A stretch of DNA of 64,000 nucleotides. It comes from a virus. Its lineage: Duplodnaviria; Caudoviricetes. Position numbers and translations under genes: made by a program. Location: IMG/VR virus record IMGVR_UViG_3300037419_002279, positions 1 to 64,000 of that record; one strand, written 5' to 3'. Below the pieces are notes generated by a model. It was not told the origin of the DNA. It saw only the letters and a list, made by a program, of their open reading frames with translations, and searched no databases. This document shows positions 55,755 through 64,000 of this stretch, piece by piece. Numbering within the stretch: the stretch's first letter is position 1; every line of letters starts with the position of its first letter.

Positions 55755-55943
55755 ATGGCAAGGCAGCCCGACCCGGCTGACGATCGACAGGACAGCCCCG
55801 GCGTCTTCATCGTCGGCGACGAAGTCATCTACGACGGTGAAGCCGACAAGCTCGGCCTGCCGAGCAAGGTAGGGCAGAAAATCCCCCTGCCGGAAGGTTG
55901 GGATGACAGCCGGACCGACGACACCGGCGATGGCCGGGCCTGA
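55755..55943 (+). CDS. Small acidic protein (candidate immunity)
   Basis: GGA RBS; 62 aa, Asp-rich; directly after the ART gene. Confidence 0.55.
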   Translation: MARQPDPADDRQDSPGVFIVGDEVIYDGEADKLGLPSKVGQKIPLPEGWDDSRTDDTGDGRA

Positions 55944-56037
55944 CTTCAGCCTCTGGCCGCTGGCCGTCATCCTGATCATCGCCGCAGCAGGTGGCGGCCT
56001 CGTTTTCCTGATCGCCCTGCGCGCCGGTGCAATGTGA
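55930..56037 (+). CDS. 35-aa single-TM protein
   Basis: MAGPDFSLWPLAVILIIAAAGGGLVFLIALRAGAM; not in ORF track. Confidence 0.5.
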   Translation: MAGPDFSLWPLAVILIIAAAGGGLVFLIALRAGAM

Positions 56038-56042
56038 AGCCG

Positions 56043-56510
56043 ATGACATTCCGCGGGCTGTTCGCACGGTTCGCGCAGGCGACCGCCGTCGCATCGGGGC
56101 ATCCGGTCACCTTCGGCCTTGCCGTCATCGTCGTCGTCGTCTGGGGCGCGACCGGGCCGATGTTCGGCTACAGCGATGGCTGGCAACTGGTGATCAACAC
56201 CGGCACGACCGTGGTCACCTTCCTGATGGTGTTCCTGCTACAAGCCACACAGACCCGCGACACGGCCGCGATCCAACTGAAGCTCGACGAACTGATCCGC
56301 GCGATCGACGGGGCGCGCAACAACCTGATCGCGATCGAAAAGCGCACCGACGATCTGGCCGAACCGATCCTGCCGCCCAGCGCGTTGCCGCGTACGAATA
56401 TGAAAATCCCGCCGCCACGTCCGTCGCCACCGCATCAAGGCACCAGCGCCGCGCCGCCGCTGCACGTCTACAATCAGTCCACCAGCATCCAGCCGCCGCG
56501 GCAGCCCTAG
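56043..56510 (+). CDS. Low-affinity iron permease (Fet4-like) family protein
   Basis: WGATGPMFGYSDGWQLVINTGTTVVTFLMVFLLQATQTRDTAAIQLKLDELIRA. Confidence 0.9.
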   Translation: MTFRGLFARFAQATAVASGHPVTFGLAVIVVVVWGATGPMFGYSDGWQLVINTGTTVVTFLMVFLLQATQTRDTAAIQLKLDELIRAIDGARNNLIAIEKRTDDLAEPILPPSALPRTNMKIPPPRPSPPHQGTSAAPPLHVYNQSTSIQPPRQP

Positions 56511-56755
56511 CGCTCCCAGGACGCCCGGCCGGTCGTCAGATATTCCAGGTCGATGCCGGTGCACGCGCTGATCGCGGCCAGGACCTGCGGCGGGGCCAGC
56601 ACACAGCCGGCTTCGTAGGCATCGTAGACTGCCGGATCGACGTCGAGCATCGCGGCATATTCGGCCGCCGTCAGGTCGGTCTGCCCGGTGACCATGATGA
56701 AGGCCAGCCGCACCGCGCTTAGCCGATCAGCGAGTTCGTCCTGTTGGGCGTTCAA
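56507..56755 (-). CDS. XRE-like HTH protein
   Basis: RLSAVR..LTAAEYAAMLDV..YDAYEAG..P..L..I..G.DLEYL.TG; TTG start inferred. Confidence 0.65.
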   Translation of the reverse strand: MNAQQDELADRLSAVRLAFIMVTGQTDLTAAEYAAMLDVDPAVYDAYEAGCVLAPPQVLAAISACTGIDLEYLTTGRASWER

Positions 56756-56837
56756 TCCCGATCCCCTTCTGTGATGCACAGCTAGGCACACGTCCGACAA
56801 ATTGTCGAACCTAACGGCGCTGTTGTAGGACCCCGAC

Positions 56838-57635
56838 ATGCTTGAGTCGCCGACCGGCAAGCCGGTAACCCTCGGCGCGGCGCATCCGAACGCCGGCCTC
56901 GAAGTGCAGTACCGCCGCAAGCTGGTCCGCCTGGTCGATGAGATGAACCGGTCGATCCTCTACTGGATCCGCGTCTACTACCGCCGCGACCCGCCCGAAA
57001 TCGCCCAGGACAGCCCGGCGGGCACGCTGATCAAGGCCATCCGCGGCCTCGGCCGGCGCTGGACCCGGCGCTTCAACGACACAGCCGACGAGCTTGCCGC
57101 CTATTTCGGCACCGCGATCCGCAACCGGTCCGAGGCGGCGTTGCAGGACATCCTGCGCCGGGGCGGCTTTTCCGTCCGCTTCCGCCCGTCGGCCGCCGTC
57201 CGCGACGTCCTCGATGCGATCGTCGCCGAGAATGTCAGCCTGATCCGGTCGATCCCGGCGCAGCATTTCACCCAGATCGAGGGGATGGTGATGCGCTCGG
57301 TCCAGGCCGGGCGGGACCTGAAGCAACTGACCGACGATCTACAGGATACCTTCGGCGTCACCCGCCGCCGGGCGATCGCGATCGCGCGAGATCAGAACAA
57401 CAAGGCGACGGCGATGATCACCCGCGCCCGACAGATGGAAATCGGCGTCACCAAGGCGATCTGGCTGCACAGCCACGGCGGCAATCCGCGGCCCGAGCAT
57501 CTGTCCTGGTCGGGGCAGGAATACGACGTCGCGAAGGGCATGTGGTCGAAGGTCGATCAGGCCTGGGTCTGGCCGGGGACCGCCATCAACTGCCGCTGCG
57601 TCAGCAAGTCGATCGTGCCGGGTTATTCAGCCTAG
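56838..57635 (+). CDS. Head morphogenesis protein (MuF/SPP1 gp7)
   Basis: RRRAIAIARDQNNKAT..W.HS..RPEH..PGTAINCRC. Confidence 0.9.
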   Translation: MLESPTGKPVTLGAAHPNAGLEVQYRRKLVRLVDEMNRSILYWIRVYYRRDPPEIAQDSPAGTLIKAIRGLGRRWTRRFNDTADELAAYFGTAIRNRSEAALQDILRRGGFSVRFRPSAAVRDVLDAIVAENVSLIRSIPAQHFTQIEGMVMRSVQAGRDLKQLTDDLQDTFGVTRRRAIAIARDQNNKATAMITRARQMEIGVTKAIWLHSHGGNPRPEHLSWSGQEYDVAKGMWSKVDQAWVWPGTAINCRCVSKSIVPGYSA

Positions 57636-57662
57636 CGACCATCCTGACGGCGGGAGGCGTTC

Positions 57663-58007
57663 ATGCCGGTGCCAGCAACGGAACCCGTAATCCGGGCGGC
57701 GCTCGCCGAGATGCGCGGGCAATGCTGCGTCAACGACGCGCAGCGTGCGCTATGGGACTGGCTCGCCGACGTATCGCTCGCCTGGATGATCGACAGCGCG
57801 GAAGACGAACGACAGCAGGCTGAGATGTCCGTGCGCCGCTGGCTCGCCGACGATATGGCCTACCGCCTGTCCTATCAGCTTCCGGATCTGGCCCGCGACC
57901 TGACCGGCACCCCGGGGCACGCCGCGGCCGTCGCCGCCCTTGCTGAAGCCGACGACATCGTCGGACGGCTGCTGCTGATCATGACCGAGGACGATCACCG
58001 GCACTGA
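57663..58007 (+). CDS. Hypothetical protein
   Basis: GGAGG RBS. Confidence 0.55.
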   Translation: MPVPATEPVIRAALAEMRGQCCVNDAQRALWDWLADVSLAWMIDSAEDERQQAEMSVRRWLADDMAYRLSYQLPDLARDLTGTPGHAAAVAALAEADDIVGRLLLIMTEDDHRH

Positions 58008-58242
58008 CGGCGGTCGCAGCAGCAAACAATTCCCCGCCCGGGTCGGCGGTGAATTGCTGCGCCATCAACCGCAAGCCGTGCGCGTGCGCATTGTTGTCAT
58101 TAATCCAGGCCGTCAGCCGCTCGATCTCGCGCCTATCCGTTGCCTCTGACCGGGACCGCTCGACTGACGCGGTCTGCAAGTCATAGCGCCGCGCTGCTGC
58201 CTCAAGGCCGGCGCGCACCCCCGCAATGAAGTCCGGTGACAT
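57979..58242 (-). CDS. Hypothetical protein
   Basis: 87-aa ORF. Confidence 0.45.
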   Translation of the reverse strand: MSPDFIAGVRAGLEAAARRYDLQTASVERSRSEATDRREIERLTAWINDNNAHAHGLRLMAQQFTADPGGELFAAATAVSAGDRPRS

Positions 58243-58255
58243 CGGTACCTGCCCG

Positions 58256-58582
58256 TCAGTTCGGCATCCCGCGCTTGAGGAAGCGATCCCGGAACGACGA
58301 CGGCGTATCCGGTCGGCTGATCCACATCATGATCGCCCCGGCGGTAATCACGACGTCATCAACCGCAACCTCCCTCGGTTTCCTGCCGACGACCGCCGCC
58401 GCGGACAGCAGTCGCCCGCTTTGCAACTCGGGCAGGATCTCATGCCAGCCGTACCCGAACTGATTCAGAAAGTCCGGTAGCCGCCAAAAGACGCTGTTGG
58501 GGTCCTCAGTTAAGCGCCGCGCTGCCTCGGCTGGGGCCAGTCGCTTAGGGCCGCGCCGATCCGCGCGCCGATCCTTTTTCAT
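58256..58582 (-). CDS. Hypothetical protein
   Basis: AGGAG RBS before ATG 58582. Confidence 0.5.
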   Translation of the reverse strand: MKKDRRADRRGPKRLAPAEAARRLTEDPNSVFWRLPDFLNQFGYGWHEILPELQSGRLLSAAAVVGRKPREVAVDDVVITAGAIMMWISRPDTPSSFRDRFLKRGMPN

Positions 58583-58603
58583 ATCCGTGCTCCTGGGGGT
58601 GAA

Positions 58604-60388
58604 ATGCCCATCCGATCGTGCACCTTGCCCGACGGCGGCAAGGGCTACAAATGGGGCGATTCCGGAAAATGCTACCGGAATCGTAAAGACGCCGAACGCC
58701 AGGCCTCTGCCGCCTATGCGAACGGCTACGCCGGCGACGAAGCGCTGATCCCGCCCGGCATGCGGGCGGTGATGCCGCAGGACCTGATCGTCATGGATCG
58801 GCGCCCGTCCGCGCGCCTGATCACCGCCGACGGTCACCTGCGCGTCGCCGGATCGGCTGTCAGCAAGTCGAACGTATGCCCCTACCTCGGCGCCGAAATA
58901 CCCGGCTGGCAGCAGTTGGGGCTCGATGCCGGGCGCATCTACCGCCTGTATCGCGACCCGAAGGCGCTAGCCGCCGCGGCCGACAGCCTGAACGGCAAGC
59001 CGCTCTTGGTCGTGCACCGCCCGCTGACCGCGCAGGATCACGATCACCGTGTCGTCGTCGGCGCCCTCGATAATGCGCACTGGCAGGCCCCCTATCTGCG
59101 CGCCGACCTGACCGTCTGGACGCAGGATGCGATCGATCTGATCGAAAGCGGCGAGCAGCGACAACTGTCGTGCGCCTATCGCTACACGCCGGTCATGCGT
59201 CACGGCGTGACCGCCGACGGCGAGCCCTACGACGGCTACATGGCCGACATCCACTTCAACCATTGCGCGCTTGTTTCGACCGGCCGGGCCGGGGCGGACG
59301 TGATGGTCGGAGACTCCCTCACAAAAGGACTGCTGAGAATGGCAACAGGACAGGCGTCCGCCCGGCTATCGCGCAAAGCGGTAATGGTTGCCGGTGCGGT
59401 GCAGGCTTACATCCACCCGAAGCTAGCGACCGATCAGAAGCCGGATCTGCGTCGCGCGCTGCTCGGCACGACAGCGGCGAATTACACCGCGCGCAAGCCG
59501 GTGCTGGCGGCGCGGCTGCACCGCGCGCTGTCCGGCAAGCTGGCGAAGGACGCCAGCCTGGCCGAGATCGTCGCCCTGCTCGATCGTCTCGAAGGTGACG
59601 ATACCGCCGTCGGGACGCAGCCCGATCCTGATCCCGACGACGACGGTGACGTCGACGTCGATCTTGATGCCGATGACGACGACGGCGCGCGCACCGATCC
59701 GCCGCCCGATGATGACGCATCCGACGTCACCCCGGCCGGATCGGACATCCCGCCCGAGGTCGCCGAAGCGGCGGCCGAAAATATCGACCCTGACATCGAA
59801 AATCCCGACGCGGGCGACATGCCCCCGCCGGAAGAAGTGCCGGACAGCGACGACGTTACTGCGCCGCCGCCTGATGCCGGACCGGCTGGGGAAGTCACCG
59901 ACAAAGTCCTGACTTTCCTGAATGACCTGATCCGCCCGGAGGACCTGGCAATCGTGACACATCTTCTGAAGCCGAACGGCTCCGGGTCTGACCCCGAGCC
60001 GAAGTCCAAGCTGACCGTCGACAAGCCTGCGTTCGTGACGAAACAGGCGATGGACGCCGCGATTAAGGCGGCGACGAAAGCCACTGAGCAGGCAACGATC
60101 GCCCGGCTGCGGGCGGTATCGGATGCAAGGGCTTTCATTCGCCCCTGGGTGGGCGAACTGAACATCGCCCAGGACAGCGCCGAGGGCGTGCTGCGCGCCG
60201 CCCTCGAACACCTCGGTGTCGACGTCAAAGACGTCCATCCGTCGGCCTACAAGGCAATCCTGTCGGCGCAGCCCCGCCCCGGCGAACGGCAGCGCGGCGC
60301 CCCGCGCGCGCTCGCGCATGCCGCCGACGCAAAGCCGCTGTCGTTCGAGGAACGATTCCCGCACGCGAACCGGCTACGGGCCGGCTGA
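58604..60388 (+). CDS. DUF2213 prohead protease/scaffold with small N-terminal extra domain
   Basis: DGHLRV..SKSNVCPYLG.EIP..YRDP..NGKPLL..H..LSCAYRY..NHCALV..GRAG.DV..GDS; acidic scaffold tail. Confidence 0.9.
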   Translation: MPIRSCTLPDGGKGYKWGDSGKCYRNRKDAERQASAAYANGYAGDEALIPPGMRAVMPQDLIVMDRRPSARLITADGHLRVAGSAVSKSNVCPYLGAEIPGWQQLGLDAGRIYRLYRDPKALAAAADSLNGKPLLVVHRPLTAQDHDHRVVVGALDNAHWQAPYLRADLTVWTQDAIDLIESGEQRQLSCAYRYTPVMRHGVTADGEPYDGYMADIHFNHCALVSTGRAGADVMVGDSLTKGLLRMATGQASARLSRKAVMVAGAVQAYIHPKLATDQKPDLRRALLGTTAANYTARKPVLAARLHRALSGKLAKDASLAEIVALLDRLEGDDTAVGTQPDPDPDDDGDVDVDLDADDDDGARTDPPPDDDASDVTPAGSDIPPEVAEAAAENIDPDIENPDAGDMPPPEEVPDSDDVTAPPPDAGPAGEVTDKVLTFLNDLIRPEDLAIVTHLLKPNGSGSDPEPKSKLTVDKPAFVTKQAMDAAIKAATKATEQATIARLRAVSDARAFIRPWVGELNIAQDSAEGVLRAALEHLGVDVKDVHPSAYKAILSAQPRPGERQRGAPRALAHAADAKPLSFEERFPHANRLRAG

Positions 60389-60401
60389 AAGGGGCGCAGA
60401 C

Positions 60402-60902
60402 ATGACCTTTCAAACCGCAATCAACGTCCAGCAGGCCCCTGCCGTCGCCGGCGACTTCGCATCCGCGAACCCGCGCAACAGCATGATCAGCCGCCCCGGC
60501 GGCTTCGTCGCCGGCACCAACGGCGTCACTGTCGGTCTGTTCGTCTGGCAGGACACCAGCACCGGCACGATCCTGGCAAACACCGGCACCGGTGCGCCGA
60601 ACGGCTTCATGCATCGCGAAATGAACGCGACGAACTACACCTATCTGTCGAACGGCACGATGCTGATCCCGGCCAATCAGGGCATCGGCGGCATGTTCGA
60701 TGCCGGTGACTTCTGGTGCAAGAACGCCGGCGCCGGATCGGTGACCGTCGGGCAGAAGGCGTTCGCCAACAACACCAACGGCACGATCAGTTTCGCCAAC
60801 ACCGGCGCGACGGTTTCCGGTTCGACCGAAACGAAATGGTACGCGCGGTCCGCCGGCGCCACGGGCGAACTGATCATCATCTCTACCACCTCGCCGACCT
60901 GA
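60402..60902 (+). CDS. Capsid decoration/cementing protein
   Basis: FQTAINVQQAPAVAGDFASANPR..FVAG..GVTVG.F.W; between protease and capsid genes. Confidence 0.75.
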   Translation: MTFQTAINVQQAPAVAGDFASANPRNSMISRPGGFVAGTNGVTVGLFVWQDTSTGTILANTGTGAPNGFMHREMNATNYTYLSNGTMLIPANQGIGGMFDAGDFWCKNAGAGSVTVGQKAFANNTNGTISFANTGATVSGSTETKWYARSAGATGELIIISTTSPT

Positions 60903-60919
60903 AGCCGGGAGCATCAGCA

Positions 60920-61978
60920 ATGTATCGTAGTAGCGTTTTCGAGGCTGATGCCGCGCGGCTGGAAGCCGAGTGGGGCATCGTCATGCCGTTCGCGCAGGAC
61001 TGGCTACCGCGCGAATTCCGCAACAACTGGCAGATGGCCGTCGACGCGCAGCCGACGCTTGTCACGACGCCGAATGCCGGCGTGCCGGCGTTCTTCACCC
61101 AGCTTGTCGATCCTGACGTCGTGCGCGTCCTTCAGACGCCCAACAAGGGCGCCGAGATCCTCGGCGAACAGAAAAAGGGCACCTGGACGGACATGACGCT
61201 GTTCATCCCGGTCGTCGAAAACACCGGCGAGGTGTCGTCCTACGGCGACTGGAACAACAACGGCCGCTCGGACGTCAACGAGTCCTGGGAACAGCGGCAG
61301 GCATATAACTTCCAGACGATCATCGAATACGGCGATCTGGAAGTCGATCGCGCCGCGGCCGCGAAGCTTCAGCTTGTCAGCGAGAAGCAGACTTCGGCGG
61401 CGAAGACCCTCGATAAATTCCTGGACTACTGCTACCATTTCGGGGTCGCAAGCCTTCAGAATTATGGCATCCTGAATGACCCGTCGCTGCCGGCGGCGAT
61501 CACGCCGACGACGAAGGCGGCCGGCGGCGTCCGCTGGGTGACGACAGGCGGCGTCGTCAATGCACAGGCGGCGGAAATCTATTCCGACTTCCTGCTGCTG
61601 TTTAACCAGCTTGCCAGCGCGTCCGGCGGCTACATCACCGCCGAGTCCCGGATGAAGCTCGTCACCCCGAACAACGTCGCCTCGGCGCTGGCCGTGGTGA
61701 ACAGCTTCGGCATCACGATCAAGGCGTTCATCAAGGAAAGCTTCCCGAACGTCGAGTATGTGACCGATCCGCGCTATGCGACCGGGTCCGGCAACGTTGT
61801 GCAGTTGATCGCGATGGAATTCGACGGCAACGACACCGGCTACTGCGCCTTCAACGAAAAGAGCCGCGATCACCAGGTCGTCAGGCAATTGTCGGCGTAT
61901 GCGCAGAAGCGCAGCGCGGGCACCTGGGGCGCGATCATCCGCTATCCGCTGGCCTTCGCCCAACTGATCGGGGTTTGA
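60920..61978 (+). CDS. Major capsid protein (DUF2184)
   Basis: AVDAQPTLVTTPNAGVP.FFT..VDP..; SSYGDWNNNG; LQNYGILNDPSL; SAGTWGAIIRYP. Confidence 0.9.
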   Translation: MYRSSVFEADAARLEAEWGIVMPFAQDWLPREFRNNWQMAVDAQPTLVTTPNAGVPAFFTQLVDPDVVRVLQTPNKGAEILGEQKKGTWTDMTLFIPVVENTGEVSSYGDWNNNGRSDVNESWEQRQAYNFQTIIEYGDLEVDRAAAAKLQLVSEKQTSAAKTLDKFLDYCYHFGVASLQNYGILNDPSLPAAITPTTKAAGGVRWVTTGGVVNAQAAEIYSDFLLLFNQLASASGGYITAESRMKLVTPNNVASALAVVNSFGITIKAFIKESFPNVEYVTDPRYATGSGNVVQLIAMEFDGNDTGYCAFNEKSRDHQVVRQLSAYAQKRSAGTWGAIIRYPLAFAQLIGV

Positions 61979-61983
61979 AACGG

Positions 61984-62412
61984 ATGGCCGGAACGCTGAC
62001 GGTCGCCTGCAAGCTTCCTTGCGGCTACATCATGGAAGTCTGGGGCATGGAAGAACGCCAGGAAGAAATCCTGGGCGGCGGTTTCCGCGTCGTCAAGCGC
62101 GCGGTCAGCCTCGGCCGGCGCGTCAAGATCAACGGGGCCGCCCGCAAGGTCGGCCGCGACGCGCCGCACGAAATCCGCAACGGCGTCGGCCTGACGCACG
62201 GCGTGGATGCCGACTTCTTCCAGGCGTGGCTCGATCAGCACAAAGACGACGATCTGGTCAAAAACGGCGTCATCTTCGCCGCGGCGAAGTCGATCGACGT
62301 CGAAGCGCAAGCCAAGGATCGCAGCACCCAGCGATCCGGCTTCGAGCCCGTCGATCCGAACAACCTGCCGGGCGAATTCCGCCGCAGCGTCGAGCCGCTG
62401 CCGCAAGCATAG
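61984..62412 (+). CDS. Post-capsid conserved virion protein
   Basis: VACKLP.G..V.ING..G.GLT.GVDADFF.AWL..SGFEP.DP. Confidence 0.7.
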   Translation: MAGTLTVACKLPCGYIMEVWGMEERQEEILGGGFRVVKRAVSLGRRVKINGAARKVGRDAPHEIRNGVGLTHGVDADFFQAWLDQHKDDDLVKNGVIFAAAKSIDVEAQAKDRSTQRSGFEPVDPNNLPGEFRRSVEPLPQA

Positions 62413-62423
62413 GAGAGTGGAAC

Positions 62424-63035
62424 ATGGCTGACGAAGACCTCATCCGGGTCGCTTCTGCGTCGCCGCTGAACCTGGCGATCCAGGACCTGCCCGAAGACGA
62501 AGAAAAGCCCGGCGCCTCGCCGCCGCCGCGCGTCGTGCAGATCAACGGCAACCGCCATCCGCTTGCCGTCAACGGCCTCGGCATCACCGAAGGCGTGCCG
62601 CGCGGCATGTTCGAAGCCTGGCTCGACAAGCACCAGCACCTGCGGAACCTGATGTGGCCCCTGGACGATCAGAAGTTCGAGGAACACCAGAAGGCGCAGG
62701 TGCAGTTCGGCACCGACGTCGGCCTGCCCGAGCATGAGAAGGCCGGGGAAGGTAGCCTGATCACCGGGCCGGTGGTCACCGCTGAAGATATGGCCGCGGT
62801 ATCGACGACGCCGAACGATGACAGCCCGCGCAGTCAGGTGACCGTCGGCGTCGGCCTGCCGGGCATGATCCCGGTCACGCCGGCCGTTCAGCCGGGCGTG
62901 GGCGGCATCCCGACGCCGGCCCGCGAAACCGGTGCGCCGACGCCGGCGCCCGACGTGACCCCGTCCCAGGCGCCGATGCAGCCCGACGACGACAGCCCGA
63001 AGTCCGGCCGGCGCAAGGGGTCATCCGATACCTGA
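62424..63035 (+). CDS. Divergent paralog of 61984-62412 with Pro-rich tail
   Basis: AGGAGAG RBS; V.ING..GLGITEGV..FEAWL. Confidence 0.6.
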   Translation: MADEDLIRVASASPLNLAIQDLPEDEEKPGASPPPRVVQINGNRHPLAVNGLGITEGVPRGMFEAWLDKHQHLRNLMWPLDDQKFEEHQKAQVQFGTDVGLPEHEKAGEGSLITGPVVTAEDMAAVSTTPNDDSPRSQVTVGVGLPGMIPVTPAVQPGVGGIPTPARETGAPTPAPDVTPSQAPMQPDDDSPKSGRRKGSSDT

Positions 63036-63238
63036 TGGCGCGGTATCGGAACCTGACCAATCAGGTCCGCGTCGAGCAGCGCGGCCGCGAGGTGCACCTG
63101 ATCGTGCTGGGCGACAGCAACGAACAGGCCGAAAGTCTCTGCGAAGACATCGCGGTCAAGCTGCGCACCGGCGCCTGCACCATCACCATCGCCTGCGATC
63201 CTGCCGTGGGGGTGACCGATGCCGTCGGCCGTTTTTGA
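63035..63238 (+). CDS. Hypothetical protein
   Basis: TGATG coupling. Confidence 0.45.
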   Translation: MARYRNLTNQVRVEQRGREVHLIVLGDSNEQAESLCEDIAVKLRTGACTITIACDPAVGVTDAVGRF

Positions 63239-63674
63239 TTACTATGCCTGGATCACACGCTATCCCGAGTTCGGCGATAGCGTGCCCCCGGGGCTGGCCG
63301 CGGCCTACTTCGATGAGGCCACGGCCTACCTCGACAACACCGATTGCAGCCCGGTTGCGGATCTGACCAAGCGGCTGCGGCTGCTGAACATGATCACGGC
63401 CCATATCGCCGCGCTGAATGCGCCGGGATCGTCGCCGCTGGTCGGGCGGATCAGCAACGCGTCCGAAGGATCCGTCAGTGTCAGCGCCGACCTGACGGGC
63501 ACCCCGGCCGCGGCGGCCTGGTGGATGCAGACCAAGTACGGGGCGGCGGCGTGGGAGGCCATGAAGGGCCTGCGGACGTTCCGCTACTTCCCGGGGCGGC
63601 AGCCGATCTTCGACGTGCCGGGCCGACCGAGCCTGGTCGGCGTCGGCTGGCCGGGGTGGCCGTGGCGACCGTAA
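63219..63674 (+). CDS. DUF4054 head-tail adaptor
   Basis: FDYYAW..RYPEF..LLNMITAHIA..VGRISNASEGSVSVS..WWMQTKYGA. Confidence 0.9.
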   Translation: MPSAVFDYYAWITRYPEFGDSVPPGLAAAYFDEATAYLDNTDCSPVADLTKRLRLLNMITAHIAALNAPGSSPLVGRISNASEGSVSVSADLTGTPAAAAWWMQTKYGAAAWEAMKGLRTFRYFPGRQPIFDVPGRPSLVGVGWPGWPWRP

Positions 63675-64000
63675 CCGGCGGCAGCTTGATGCGGCGCGCG
63701 CTGAACCGGATCAGCGCGCAGCTTCTCGGCACGCCGACCCTGCGCGTCGGCTTCCTCGAAAACGCCCAGTACCCGGACGGGACAAAGGTCGCCCTTGTCG
63801 CTGCTATCCAGGAATTCGGTGCGCCGAATGCGCGGTTTCCGATCCCGGCCCGGCCGTTCTTCCGCACCATGGTCGCCCAGCACCAGCGCGACTGGCTGCC
63901 CGGCCTGGCCGGCATCCTTCAGCACAACGGCTTCAAGGTGATGCCGGCGCTGACCGGCCTCGGGCAGGTGATGGAAGGGCAGCTTCGGCAGTCGATTGTC
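63662..64000 (+). CDS. Neck/tail-completion protein (3' end outside window)
   Basis: LRVGFLENAQYPDG..A.IQEFG..IPARPFFR. Confidence 0.8.
   Translation, partial: MATVTGGSLMRRALNRISAQLLGTPTLRVGFLENAQYPDGTKVALVAAIQEFGAPNARFPIPARPFFRTMVAQHQRDWLPGLAGILQHNGFKVMPALTGLGQVMEGQLRQSIV

Overview
The window is high-GC DNA (about two-thirds G+C by eye) that reads as one continuous myovirus-type phage genome with no host genes at either end. It opens inside baseplate J and runs through these modules: tail fibre; a 12.6-kb block of extra virion-surface genes (Ala/Thr-repeat protein, a duplicated fibre-like + SGNH-hydrolase cassette); lysis; a mosaic early region; ERF recombination; a cI/cro switch; lambda-like replication with iterons; a multidomain DNA methyltransferase; terminase, portal, head effectors (NUDIX-kinase, ADP-ribosyltransferase), MuF, DUF2213 and capsid. 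It ends in a neck gene. The structural genes follow the DUF2612/DUF1073/DUF2213/DUF2184/DUF4054 layout. The host is inferred to be an alphaproteobacterium (GapR-like, DUF6456-like and DUF3309 genes). No integrase, tRNA or CRISPR was seen. The most striking signal is a tandem array of five 36-38-aa ORFs (19963-20582), four of them absent from the ORF track. Each is a Sec signal peptide followed by a 7-9-residue C-x-G-(P/S)-N-C core, which suggests a candidate phage-encoded secreted cyclic-peptide system. The genome also has a repressor whose autocleavage residues look lost, a multi-site operator regulon, and a conserved AAGGACACCGA motif just ahead of leftward start codons. Family calls come from motif recognition by eye; no database search was run.
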